Source: Deltaproteobacteria bacterium (lineage in GTDB: Bacteria; Myxococcota; B64-G9). Taken from it: a DNA stretch of 59,511 nt. Shown here piece by piece: positions 50,825 to 59,207 of this stretch (within the stretch, counting starts at the first letter, position 1; every line of letters begins with the position of its first letter). A program made the position numbers and the translations under genes. The notes under the pieces were generated by a model that saw only the letters and a program-made list of their open reading frames with translations, was not told the origin of the DNA and did no database searches. The stretch is from assembly GCA_030591445.1 (NCBI GenBank), contig JAUVBB010000001.1:1-59511 (forward strand). The letters are read 5' to 3'.

Positions 50825-51382
50825 ATGGCGGCATCAGAAGATAAAATGAAGGAATTCAACCTGGAAGGCATTTATCAGGACCAGGCTGCCTTCTTCTGCC
50901 GGCTAATCGAGCGATTAACCGGTGATCCTTCGGCCATCGAGGACATATTACAGGAGGCTTTTCTCGTGGCCCATCGCAAGCGGGCATCTTTCGATCCGGC
51001 CAAGGCCTCCGCCCGATCCTGGCTGTTTGGCATCGTCGTTCGCCTGTGCGCGCGCCACCGCCGTAGCCTAGGGCGCAGATTCCGCCTGTTTCGACGCCTC
51101 GATCAACAGGGCATAAACGTTCCTCCCGAACAACCGGATGCCCAGATTGCGCTCAAGGATGAAGTCCGCCACATGTATCAATTGCTGGAAGCCTTGCCCT
51201 GCAAACAGCGGCAAGCCTTTGTCCTGTATGAAATTGAAGAGCTTGCGACCAAGGAAATCGCCGGCCTGATGGGCATTTCGGCCAACACGGTCTTTGCCCA
51301 CCTGCACCAGGCCCGCAAGAGATTCAAGAAAATTGCCCCTGATTTGCTCATGCAAGAGCCCAGAGCGGAGGCGCGACCATGA
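50825..51382 (+). CDS. ECF-type RNA polymerase sigma factor
   Basis: Region 2 is IEDILQEAFLVAHRK...ARSWLFGIVVRL. Region 4 is LPCKQRQAFVLYEIEELATKEIAGLMGISANTVFAHLHQARKRFKK. Confidence 0.88.
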   Translation: MAASEDKMKEFNLEGIYQDQAAFFCRLIERLTGDPSAIEDILQEAFLVAHRKRASFDPAKASARSWLFGIVVRLCARHRRSLGRRFRLFRRLDQQGINVPPEQPDAQIALKDEVRHMYQLLEALPCKQRQAFVLYEIEELATKEIAGLMGISANTVFAHLHQARKRFKKIAPDLLMQEPRAEARP

Positions 51383-52197
51383 CCACGCAAAAGCGCCCAA
51401 GCCAAAAACCGGTTCGCCTGGCCGACCTCATCTCGGCCAGCCGGGCGCGTCGCCCCGATCAGGATGCCAAGCTCTTGGCAAACACCTGGCAAAAAATCGA
51501 ATCCGGTCTGGAAGCACAAAGAGCCACCAAAACCCGCAGCTTGGGTCTCCCTTTGCGAACCCTGCGGGCCGCTCTGGCGGTTTGGCTGCTGGCACTGAGC
51601 CTGACCGCCGGCGCTGCTTGGGGCATATACCAGGCCGTCCAAAAACCCGCCCCGGAGAAAAAGCAACCGGCAAGCACCTCGCCAGAACCAATAGCACCGC
51701 CGCTGCCCGAAATCTCCCCGCCCCAGACCCCGCCGCCTCAGCGTCTGGCTCGGCTTCAGCGCAAGCCGGCAAGGGCGCCAGTGACGAAGCCCGATATCGA
51801 AAGCAGTTTGGACCAACAGATGAACCGTTATACCCAAGCCAAGCAACTGGCCAAGACCGGTAAAAGTCAACAAGCCTTGGCCCTGATTGAGGACTGGGAA
51901 GCAAGCTATCCCCAGAGCCCACTGCAAACCGAGATTCGTTTGCTGCGGGTAGAATTACTCTACCAAACCCGTCGCCTGACCGAAGCGCAGTCACTGCTGA
52001 CAAGTCTCATTGAAGACGATAATCTTGCCGCCCGGCGCGCTAGTTTTTTCCGCTTGCAAGGAGATATTTACACCCTGCGCCATCAATGTGAGCAAGCCAG
52101 CAAAGCCTATCTCAAGGCGCTGGGCCTTGGGCTCCAGGATCAAGAAGCCGCCCGCGCCCGCGCCATGCTCCAGCAGTGCCAAAACGACTCCCCCTGA
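51379..52197 (+). CDS. Putative anti-sigma factor (single-pass, Pro-rich linker, TPR-like periplasmic domain)
   Basis: An ATGA overlap couples it to the sigma gene. The TM segment is ALAVWLLALSLTAGAAWGIY. No zinc-finger HxxxCxxC motif is present. Confidence 0.6.
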   Translation: MTTQKRPSQKPVRLADLISASRARRPDQDAKLLANTWQKIESGLEAQRATKTRSLGLPLRTLRAALAVWLLALSLTAGAAWGIYQAVQKPAPEKKQPASTSPEPIAPPLPEISPPQTPPPQRLARLQRKPARAPVTKPDIESSLDQQMNRYTQAKQLAKTGKSQQALALIEDWEASYPQSPLQTEIRLLRVELLYQTRRLTEAQSLLTSLIEDDNLAARRASFFRLQGDIYTLRHQCEQASKAYLKALGLGLQDQEAARARAMLQQCQNDSP

Positions 52198-52291
52198 GCC
52201 TTTCCTTTTTTCAACTCCTTTTGTCTCCGGCATTAAAGAAACTCTCGGCTTCCGGAGAATTAAACATACGAAGAGAGAGGAGGTTCTAAAA

Positions 52292-52678
52292 TTGCACGCA
52301 TGGCTTCAGAAAAATAGCTGGCCGGGGATTCAGGAGAATCGATTAAAACCGAGGGCGCCGTTGAAGGGTTGGGCGGCGGTATACATCAACAATGAGTGCT
52401 TTTTCGGCGACATTGTCGATGTGGCGGCCAACGGCATCGCCTTACTCACTCCCTTCGAATGGAAACTTGGCCAAAGCACGCATATCAGCTTCTCCCTGCC
52501 GGAGACAGACAAACCCATCACGGTCAAAGCCACCGTCGCTCGCTGCGGAGTGACTTTGGACAAGAGTCTTTGGGGCATGCGCTTCGTGGAGATAAAGGAT
52601 CGGGACCAAGGCCAGATCGAATTGTACGTAAGACTCCATCTGACCGACCGAGCCCGGGAAAAATACCGAGCTGATTAA
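52292..52678 (+). CDS. PilZ domain protein
   Basis: RLKPR is the RxxxR motif, and DVAANG is the DxSxxG motif with Ser replaced by Ala. The TTG start at 52292 has GAGAGGAGG 9 nt upstream. The longer track ORF overlaps the anti-sigma gene. Confidence 0.6.
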   Translation: MHAWLQKNSWPGIQENRLKPRAPLKGWAAVYINNECFFGDIVDVAANGIALLTPFEWKLGQSTHISFSLPETDKPITVKATVARCGVTLDKSLWGMRFVEIKDRDQGQIELYVRLHLTDRAREKYRAD

Positions 52679-52728
52679 ATCATTTTTTTGTTTTATTTGG
52701 GCTCTCGGTCACCGTAGACTCGGGCAGC

Positions 52729-54162
52729 ATGACCGGGAAATATCCACATTCCCCCATACCGACGACCTGTTGGCTATGGGGCATCTTGCTTCTGTTCTGT
52801 GCTGCCGCTTGCGAAACCGCGCGGGTGGGCGATGATCTCGACGATATCGACGATATCGACGAGATCTGCGGCAACGAACTCGACGATGACCTCGACAGTC
52901 TAACCGATTGCCAGGATCCGGATTGTGCAAATCTGGCCAGCTGTCAGGATTGCCTTCCGACCAATCCTGCTGACTCTTTTGTCTGCCATGACGACAGTGA
53001 ATGGTGGGTAGATGATTGCGGCGTCGAAGGCAAGAAGAAGCAGGACTGTGGCCAGGGATGTGGGGTCGATAATCGCTGCGCCCAGGAGAGTAAAGTGAAA
53101 TGGTGTTTCGATGGGCCAGTCTCACCATTCCACTCACCCGCCTTGTCTGCCGACTCCGTTCTTTACACACTAAATAGCAATACCCCGCAAGACTGGATCT
53201 ATGCGTTGAACCTCGACGGCAGCTTACGCCATTCACTAATATCACCAACCGGCGGCATCCTTGGCTCCGCCGTGGTCGGCTCGGATGGCATCGTTTACCT
53301 TAATCAGTACCGGAACCGACTGACCGCCCTTTACCCGGATCTGTCCCCCAAATGGACCTTCCTATGCGAAGGAGACGTACACGATCCACCCGCCATCGGG
53401 CCCGACGGCACCCTGTACCTATTTGACTCTTTTATGAATTTCTACGCCATTGATCAAGCCGGACAGCAAAAATGGCGGATATTTACCGCGGAAAAATTCA
53501 ATAGCGGCGCGGTCATCGGCAGCGATGGCCGCATATTTTTCACCGAGCCCACAGGTACCATCTTGGGCCAACTACACGCCATCTCCCCACAGGGACAGTT
53601 GCTTTGGTCTTATTCGTGGACCGGCTGGACCAGAGGCCTGAGCCTGGCCGATGACGGATCCTTGCTGGTATCCGTCTCTACTACCGAACCGGAAAAACCC
53701 AATGGTCTCCTTTCGATCACCGCCGGCGGAGAATTAAACTGGATGTATGAAACCTCCTCTGCTGTGATTTCTTCGGCCGCGGTTGCCGCTGATGGCAGCA
53801 TCTACTTTACCACCCAGGGCGAACAGCTCATCGCCTTGGATGGCAACGGCAGCCTGAAATGGCAGACAGACATCCCGGGTGGCGCCGGCGTAGTGCCAAG
53901 TCTGGCCTTAGACGGCAGCATCTTTCTTGGTGGCTTCTCTGGTGTTTTCTTCGCCTTTCACGCCGATGGTAGTTTGCGCTGGCAGCGAACCATGTCCGAG
54001 CGAATTACCTCCAACGCAGCCATAGGCCTGGACGGAACCATCTATGTCGCCACCGGTGCTGGCCGCTTATGCGCCTTTGCCTCGACCAACGGCGGCCTGG
54101 CCCAATCAGCCTGGCCCAAGTACAAAGGCAACAACCAAAACACCGCCCACCAAGCCCGCTAG
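52729..54162 (+). CDS. PQQ-like (BamB-like) beta-propeller lipoprotein with an acidic Cys-rich N-terminal module
   Basis: LLLFCAAAC is a lipobox. The acidic segment is DDLDDIDDIDEICGNELDDDLD. Repeated DGS(L/I)..W blades are present: GSLRWQ, GSLKWQ, GQLLWS and GQQKWR. Confidence 0.78.
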   Translation: MTGKYPHSPIPTTCWLWGILLLFCAAACETARVGDDLDDIDDIDEICGNELDDDLDSLTDCQDPDCANLASCQDCLPTNPADSFVCHDDSEWWVDDCGVEGKKKQDCGQGCGVDNRCAQESKVKWCFDGPVSPFHSPALSADSVLYTLNSNTPQDWIYALNLDGSLRHSLISPTGGILGSAVVGSDGIVYLNQYRNRLTALYPDLSPKWTFLCEGDVHDPPAIGPDGTLYLFDSFMNFYAIDQAGQQKWRIFTAEKFNSGAVIGSDGRIFFTEPTGTILGQLHAISPQGQLLWSYSWTGWTRGLSLADDGSLLVSVSTTEPEKPNGLLSITAGGELNWMYETSSAVISSAAVAADGSIYFTTQGEQLIALDGNGSLKWQTDIPGGAGVVPSLALDGSIFLGGFSGVFFAFHADGSLRWQRTMSERITSNAAIGLDGTIYVATGAGRLCAFASTNGGLAQSAWPKYKGNNQNTAHQAR

Positions 54163-54187
54163 ATCCTCCCCGGCAAACAAAGACCGG

Positions 54188-56029
54188 TCACTCGTTGTCT
54201 TCTAAGCACTCCATTTCGGCGGCGATGACTTTGGCTTTTTTATCGTGTTGGCTGGCTACTTTTTCCAGTTTTTCGAACCAGGTATCGATTCGTTCTTTGA
54301 CCAAATACAATTCTTTGGACAACTCGCCCAGGCGTTTGCCGTTGGTGGGAGAAGCCGAGATCAGCTCCTGATTAAGGTTTTCCACCTGTAGCTCGGCGTT
54401 CATGATTTTTTCTTCCAACGCGTCCATTCGTTCTTTAAGCGGCTTGACCTCTTTCGAGGCTCGGCTTACCAAGACAGCTCTTTGCTGGCGCAGTTCTTTC
54501 TTGCTGAGTCCTTTGACTACCGAGCTTTCGGTAGCCGGGGCGTCTTGCTCTTCGGCGACCCAACCGATTTGATCGAGGAACTCCTGGTAACTACCTTCGA
54601 AATAGTTAATCTCATCGCCCTGAAATACCACAAAACGATTGGCCAAGCGATGCAGGAACATCTCGTTGTGGGTGACCATCACCACCGCGCCTTTGAATTC
54701 ATCGATGGCGGTCAAGAAGGCATCGGCCGACTGCATGTCCAGGTGGTTGGTCGGTTCGTCGAGCAGCAACAGGTTCGAGGCCCCGGCCAGGATCTTTCCC
54801 AATAGCACCCGGCTTTTTTCACCCCCGGACAGCACCTGGGTTTTCTTCTCCACCAAATCGCCCTCGAACATCATGGAGCCGGCAATGCCGCGGGCACGTT
54901 GCTTCTCGCAACCTACACTCATCAACTCTTCCTCGATGGTCCAGTCCGGGGTGAGTTGGGCAATGTTGGTCTGGGCAAAATAGCCAATCACGGTCTTGTT
55001 ATGGAGATGAATCTCTCCGCGCTGGGGCGAGAGATCCGCGGCCAACAAACGCAGCAGCGTAGTCTTCCCCTTGCCATTGTGGCCGATAACGCAAACGCGA
55101 TCTTTCTGCCCCACGGTCAGGTTGAAATCATTGATGAGCGCATGCTCGGGGGTGTAAGAAAAGCCCAGCTCGCTCACACTCATCAGGGTTTTGGCCGGCG
55201 TGGGCGCAAAGCCAAAAGAAAAACGAAGGTCTTTGGACCGCTCCAGCTTTTCTTTTATTTCTTGTTTGGCCAAGGCCTTGACCCGCGATTGCACGTTAGA
55301 GGCCAAGCGCGCCTTGGATCGAAACCGGGCAATGTAGGCTTCCGTTTCCTTACGCTTCTTTTCCTCGTTGAGCCGCGTTTTTTCGTAAATATCCTCTTCC
55401 CGCTCCACCAACTCGTAGAGCTTGGTGGTGGTGCCGCCCATTTTTCTGATCTTACGCCCGTGGATGGCCGCCACATGGGTCACCACCCCGTCCATGAAGG
55501 CACGATCATGGGTTATCAGACAGAGCTCTCCCTGCCACTGGCTTAAATAATTGGCCAGCCAACGAATCGACACCACGTCCAGGTAATTGGTCGGCTCATC
55601 GAGCAAGAGCAGATCGGGGACCGAAACCAGCACCTTGGCCAGGTTGAGCCGCACCTGAAAACCACCGGAAAACTCTTGGGGGCGCCGCCCCATCTCCGCG
55701 GGATAAAACCCAAGCCCAGCCAGCACCTTTTCCACCCGCCAGCTATCGTCACGATGCTGGGCCGGCAAACCCAGACAAGCCTCGGCCAAAATGCTTTCCT
55801 GAGTAAAATTGAGATTTTGGGTCAAGTATCCCAGGCGGTAGTTTTTGGGTAGCTGGATATCACCGGAATCGGCCTCTTCCTGGCCCATCAAAATACGGAA
55901 CAAAGTAGTCTTGCCGTGACCGTTGCGGCCCACCAAGCCGACTCTCTCCCGTCGATTAATGGCCAAGGAAACCGAGTCAAAAACAACTTGGGCACCGAAG
56001 GCTTTGGAAAGGTTGGTTATTTTAATCAT
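54188..56029 (-). CDS. ABC-F family ATPase (two ABC cassettes, no TM domain)
   Basis: The first cassette has GRNGHGKTTL, LSGGFQVRLNLAK and LLLDEPTNYLD. The second has GHNGKGKTTL, LSGGEKSRVLL and LLLDEPTNHLD. A coiled-coil C-terminus is present. Confidence 0.93.
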   Translation of the reverse strand: MIKITNLSKAFGAQVVFDSVSLAINRRERVGLVGRNGHGKTTLFRILMGQEEADSGDIQLPKNYRLGYLTQNLNFTQESILAEACLGLPAQHRDDSWRVEKVLAGLGFYPAEMGRRPQEFSGGFQVRLNLAKVLVSVPDLLLLDEPTNYLDVVSIRWLANYLSQWQGELCLITHDRAFMDGVVTHVAAIHGRKIRKMGGTTTKLYELVEREEDIYEKTRLNEEKKRKETEAYIARFRSKARLASNVQSRVKALAKQEIKEKLERSKDLRFSFGFAPTPAKTLMSVSELGFSYTPEHALINDFNLTVGQKDRVCVIGHNGKGKTTLLRLLAADLSPQRGEIHLHNKTVIGYFAQTNIAQLTPDWTIEEELMSVGCEKQRARGIAGSMMFEGDLVEKKTQVLSGGEKSRVLLGKILAGASNLLLLDEPTNHLDMQSADAFLTAIDEFKGAVVMVTHNEMFLHRLANRFVVFQGDEINYFEGSYQEFLDQIGWVAEEQDAPATESSVVKGLSKKELRQQRAVLVSRASKEVKPLKERMDALEEKIMNAELQVENLNQELISASPTNGKRLGELSKELYLVKERIDTWFEKLEKVASQHDKKAKVIAAEMECLEDNE

Positions 56030-56159
56030 CCAGCAGTATTTACCATGCTTTGTGTCCATTTGGAAGTTCTGGATATGATGACATAGCTGTTAAGATTCAG
56101 AGAAATTTTGATGACCTGATTCGCCTATCCTGAGTTTAACTTTAACGGGGAGATCGCCC

Positions 56160-56549
56160 ATGAAAACTTTCGTATTTATCACTCTGGCTTGCCTGCTAAG
56201 CAACTTCTCCGCTGCCGCCAGTTCAGCCCAAGCCGCGGATCGAAGAGGACAGTTGGCCCAGGCCCAGGCGATAAAAGCAAACCAACTCCAGCACAGCCTG
56301 CTGGAACAAAGCCTGATGCAATCGGCTCTGCACCAAGGCCACTACCAGTTGTTCTCCGGCCAGGCCGGCGCAACCGCCACCCTGACCCCATCCATACCCC
56401 CGCGACAAATCCACCCCCCAAGCGAGATCGCGAAAGACATCCAGTTTAAGAATTCCCCCATTCCACCCGACGGAAAACCAAACCCCCACATCGGCTGTCT
56501 CGCCTCCCGCTGTGTAATCAAGGTCAAAACCTCCGATTTGTCCGGCTAG
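56160..56549 (+). CDS. Hypothetical small secreted protein
   Basis: The signal peptide is MKTFVFITLACLLSNFSAAASSAQA. A Gln/Ala-rich and then a Pro-rich segment follow. Confidence 0.5.
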   Translation: MKTFVFITLACLLSNFSAAASSAQAADRRGQLAQAQAIKANQLQHSLLEQSLMQSALHQGHYQLFSGQAGATATLTPSIPPRQIHPPSEIAKDIQFKNSPIPPDGKPNPHIGCLASRCVIKVKTSDLSG

Positions 56550-56631
56550 CCCCCTCCCCATTTATCCGCCCATCAAACCAGTTTGACGCTCAGCTCCTCT
56601 CTCTGCTAAGAAAGCTCTAGAGAGGGAGTGT

Positions 56632-57366
56632 ATGAAAGTACTCATAGCCGACGCCGATACCGATCTGCAGCAGCGGGTTGACGAAATCTTGACTTTGATG
56701 GGCATGGAAGTGCTCTGTGCCGATACATTGGCCGGGGCCCTGGAAATGATTGGGAGCGAGGAGTTCCACGCAATTGTGTTGGGTGCGGGCTTCCCGGAAT
56801 CGACGGGCGCGGAGTTGGGGCGACGGCTGAAGGCAGAGAGTGCGACTGCGACCATTCCTGTTTTGCTGATCAGCGAGGACCTTGCCGGCATCGACACCGC
56901 GGACGAAGGCCAGACATTCTGTGCCGATGATTTTTTACATCGGGATTTCATCTCCTGGACATTGTCCGATCATATGCGCCATTTGCTGCAAATGGATGTC
57001 ACCGGTGAAGAGCCGCCGCCCGACAAGCTACGAAAAGAGATTCGCTATCCGGTAGAAGCGCGGGTTATCGCCCGGGCCGGCAACATCCGGCTGGCCAATT
57101 TGGCCACTGATGTCAGCCGGGACGGTCTGCGCATCAAGTTTTGTCGAGGCCTACCAGTCGACCACCCGGTCAAGATTCACCTGAGCTTTCCGGGATTCGG
57201 CGAAAAGTTAAGCATAGAAGGCGTCGTCATTTGGTCTGGGCAAATAGGACCCGACCAGAAATGGGCAACCGGGATTCGTTTCACCTATTTGACCCCAGCC
57301 GATAACCAACAACTAGAAGACTACCTGACCAAGATCTCCCGCCTCATCAAGAAGCAATCTACTTAG
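56632..57366 (+). CDS. Pseudo-receiver (REC-like) / PilZ fusion protein
   Basis: The REC-like fold starts MKVLIADAD.... The phospho-acceptor position reads HAIVLGAGFP, with Gly in place of Asp. The conserved Lys region reads DDFLHRD. The PilZ part has RKEIR (RxxxR) and DVSRDG (DxSxxG). Confidence 0.8.
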   Translation: MKVLIADADTDLQQRVDEILTLMGMEVLCADTLAGALEMIGSEEFHAIVLGAGFPESTGAELGRRLKAESATATIPVLLISEDLAGIDTADEGQTFCADDFLHRDFISWTLSDHMRHLLQMDVTGEEPPPDKLRKEIRYPVEARVIARAGNIRLANLATDVSRDGLRIKFCRGLPVDHPVKIHLSFPGFGEKLSIEGVVIWSGQIGPDQKWATGIRFTYLTPADNQQLEDYLTKISRLIKKQST

Positions 57367-57372
57367 TCTTTG

Positions 57373-57567
57373 CTAGTCTTTGCTGGTCTTTCCCAGTTGA
57401 CCGGCAATCTCTTTGAGTTCGCCGTTTATGATTTTGAGTTCATTCTTGATTTCGGTAATGTCGTTCACGTTCGATCTGATCTTCTTCTGAATCAGATTGA
57501 GCGTGGCCAGAATGACCAAAATGACCAGCACCAGTAGCAAAGTAAATAGGTCGAGAATGTTTGCCAT
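57373..57567 (-). CDS. Small TM plus coiled-coil protein (64 aa)
   Basis: The hydrophobic helix is LFTLLLVLVILVILATL, followed by a heptad-like NDITEIKNELKIINGELKEIAG. The SD is weak, so coding status is uncertain. Confidence 0.4.
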   Translation of the reverse strand: MANILDLFTLLLVLVILVILATLNLIQKKIRSNVNDITEIKNELKIINGELKEIAGQLGKTSKD

Positions 57568-57893
57568 TTAGCGATCATAATCCATCCGACTTTCGCATTC
57601 AAGAACCTGCCCCTTTTCAAAAGTGTGACTTTGTCAGCACAGTCAAAACGACTTGTCACGAAACAGAATGCCGTTACCTCACGTAACCAGCGGTTAACTT
57701 GTGACTTTTCCTCACTGAGGTCTTTGCCCCCGATTCAGCGTAATTTGTGACGAAGACATCACAGTTATGAAGTAAATTTCGACTCTCCTCCCAGGCAGAG
57801 TCGTTATGTGCTTGTTTTATATGCATTCCTCAGCTCTAAGCTATCTCGGCACGGTCATTGCTATACCTAGCCCTAGACAGAAAGGAGGCAGAC

Positions 57894-59195
57894 ATGAATT
57901 CAGTTATGACGAGGATGGGACTTGCAATCTTGTGGGTGATTTCTCTGGCATTGGTGGCAACTGCCTGCGGCGGGACCATCGACGATGATTTGGGCAATCA
58001 CTATCGGGCGGCCGAGACCCGAAGCGATGACGACACCCAGCAAGGGGATGATGACAGCGGAGACGAGTGTATCCCCGGCGACTCGGGCTGGGTGTTCGAC
58101 CATGCGGTCTGCTTATGCGGAGATCTCGACACGGTGGGCAATGGGCTGACAACCAAGGTCCGAGGAACAAGCGGATCGTGGTTGGGCGGCCAGAGTCTAG
58201 CGCACGTTGGCGTCAACGGGCAGGTAGACACCATGGGCAATTTTATCATCGGTGGCTTGCTGGACATTGGTTCAACATTGACCACCCGCGCCAATCTCAT
58301 CGTTGATGGCGACCTCTTCGCCGGCGGTGATGCCAATTTATTGGGCAACACCATCCTTGGTGACAATGCCTTTTTTGGCGCCAAGCTCAGCGGTCGGGGC
58401 AACATGCACGTACCCGGCTCGATCCATGTGGCCGGTAGCATGAGCTATGTGGGCAACATGATCTGCGATGACGTGCTGACCGGCATGGCTTTCGTCGCCC
58501 ATTCCCCCTGCCCCTGTGAGCCCGCCGATTTGCTCGATGTGGCCGGCATGGTGGCGGCCCAGCGTGGGGCCGAAGCGATTGTGCTGCCGACTGAATTCGG
58601 CAACCACAGCATCACTCTCGACAGCGGCAACTACTACACCGATCAGCCTGGTTTGCTCGCCGGCAACACCATCATCCAGATAAACGGCCTGGTGCGTATC
58701 TTTATCGAGGCGGATATCGAAACTATCGGCAACAGCATTTTCAAGTTGGGTCCGGATGGCGATCTGGAAATATACGTGGCCGGTTCAGTGCACACGATGG
58801 GCAACTTTTTGTTGGGCACTCCTTTTTCGTTTTTGGCCGACGCTCGCCCAATACGCTTGTATATCGGCGGCAGCGGGACCGTGGACCTGGAACTGGAGGG
58901 CAATACCATCCTGAATGCAGCCGTCTATGCTCCCCAAGCGGATCTATCTTTCCGGGGCAATCTGATCGTAAGCGGAGCCCTCTTCCTAAACTCACTAAAG
59001 GGCTGGGGCAATGTGCAAGTAAGCTACGACAGCTCACTGGCAGGAAGCGGCGACTGTGAGCCTGGTGATGACGGTGATGATGGTCAAGAGCCTGGCGATG
59101 ATGGTGATGACGGTCAAGAGCCTGGCGATGACGGTGATGATGGGGAAGAACCCAGCTGTGATCCTAGTGACGACACCTGTCACCCTGACGGTTGA
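57894..59195 (+). CDS. Beta-helix-like lipoprotein with a C-terminal acidic decapeptide repeat
   Basis: LALVATAC is a lipobox. AAAGGAGG lies 6 nt upstream of ATG 57894. The body is a repetitive G-N-rich beta-solenoid-like sequence (GNxxxxG...). The tail is (EPGDDGDDGQ)x3 followed by SCDPSDDTCHPDG. Confidence 0.75.
   Translation: MNSVMTRMGLAILWVISLALVATACGGTIDDDLGNHYRAAETRSDDDTQQGDDDSGDECIPGDSGWVFDHAVCLCGDLDTVGNGLTTKVRGTSGSWLGGQSLAHVGVNGQVDTMGNFIIGGLLDIGSTLTTRANLIVDGDLFAGGDANLLGNTILGDNAFFGAKLSGRGNMHVPGSIHVAGSMSYVGNMICDDVLTGMAFVAHSPCPCEPADLLDVAGMVAAQRGAEAIVLPTEFGNHSITLDSGNYYTDQPGLLAGNTIIQINGLVRIFIEADIETIGNSIFKLGPDGDLEIYVAGSVHTMGNFLLGTPFSFLADARPIRLYIGGSGTVDLELEGNTILNAAVYAPQADLSFRGNLIVSGALFLNSLKGWGNVQVSYDSSLAGSGDCEPGDDGDDGQEPGDDGDDGQEPGDDGDDGEEPSCDPSDDTCHPDG
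59058..59147 (+). repeat. 30-bp in-frame tandem repeat, three copies
   Basis: gagcctggYgatgaYggtgatgaYgg(tcaa/ggaa) starts at 59058, 59088 and 59118. Confidence 0.9.
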
Positions 59196-59207
59196 TCTGA
59201 TTTTTCT

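Noticed and set aside
52224-52258. 7-bp inverted repeat (TCTCCGG...CCGGAGA) between the anti-sigma and PilZ genes, as a terminator or attenuator
   Set aside because: The stem is short, the loop is 21 nt, and there is no U-tract. This is too weak to call.
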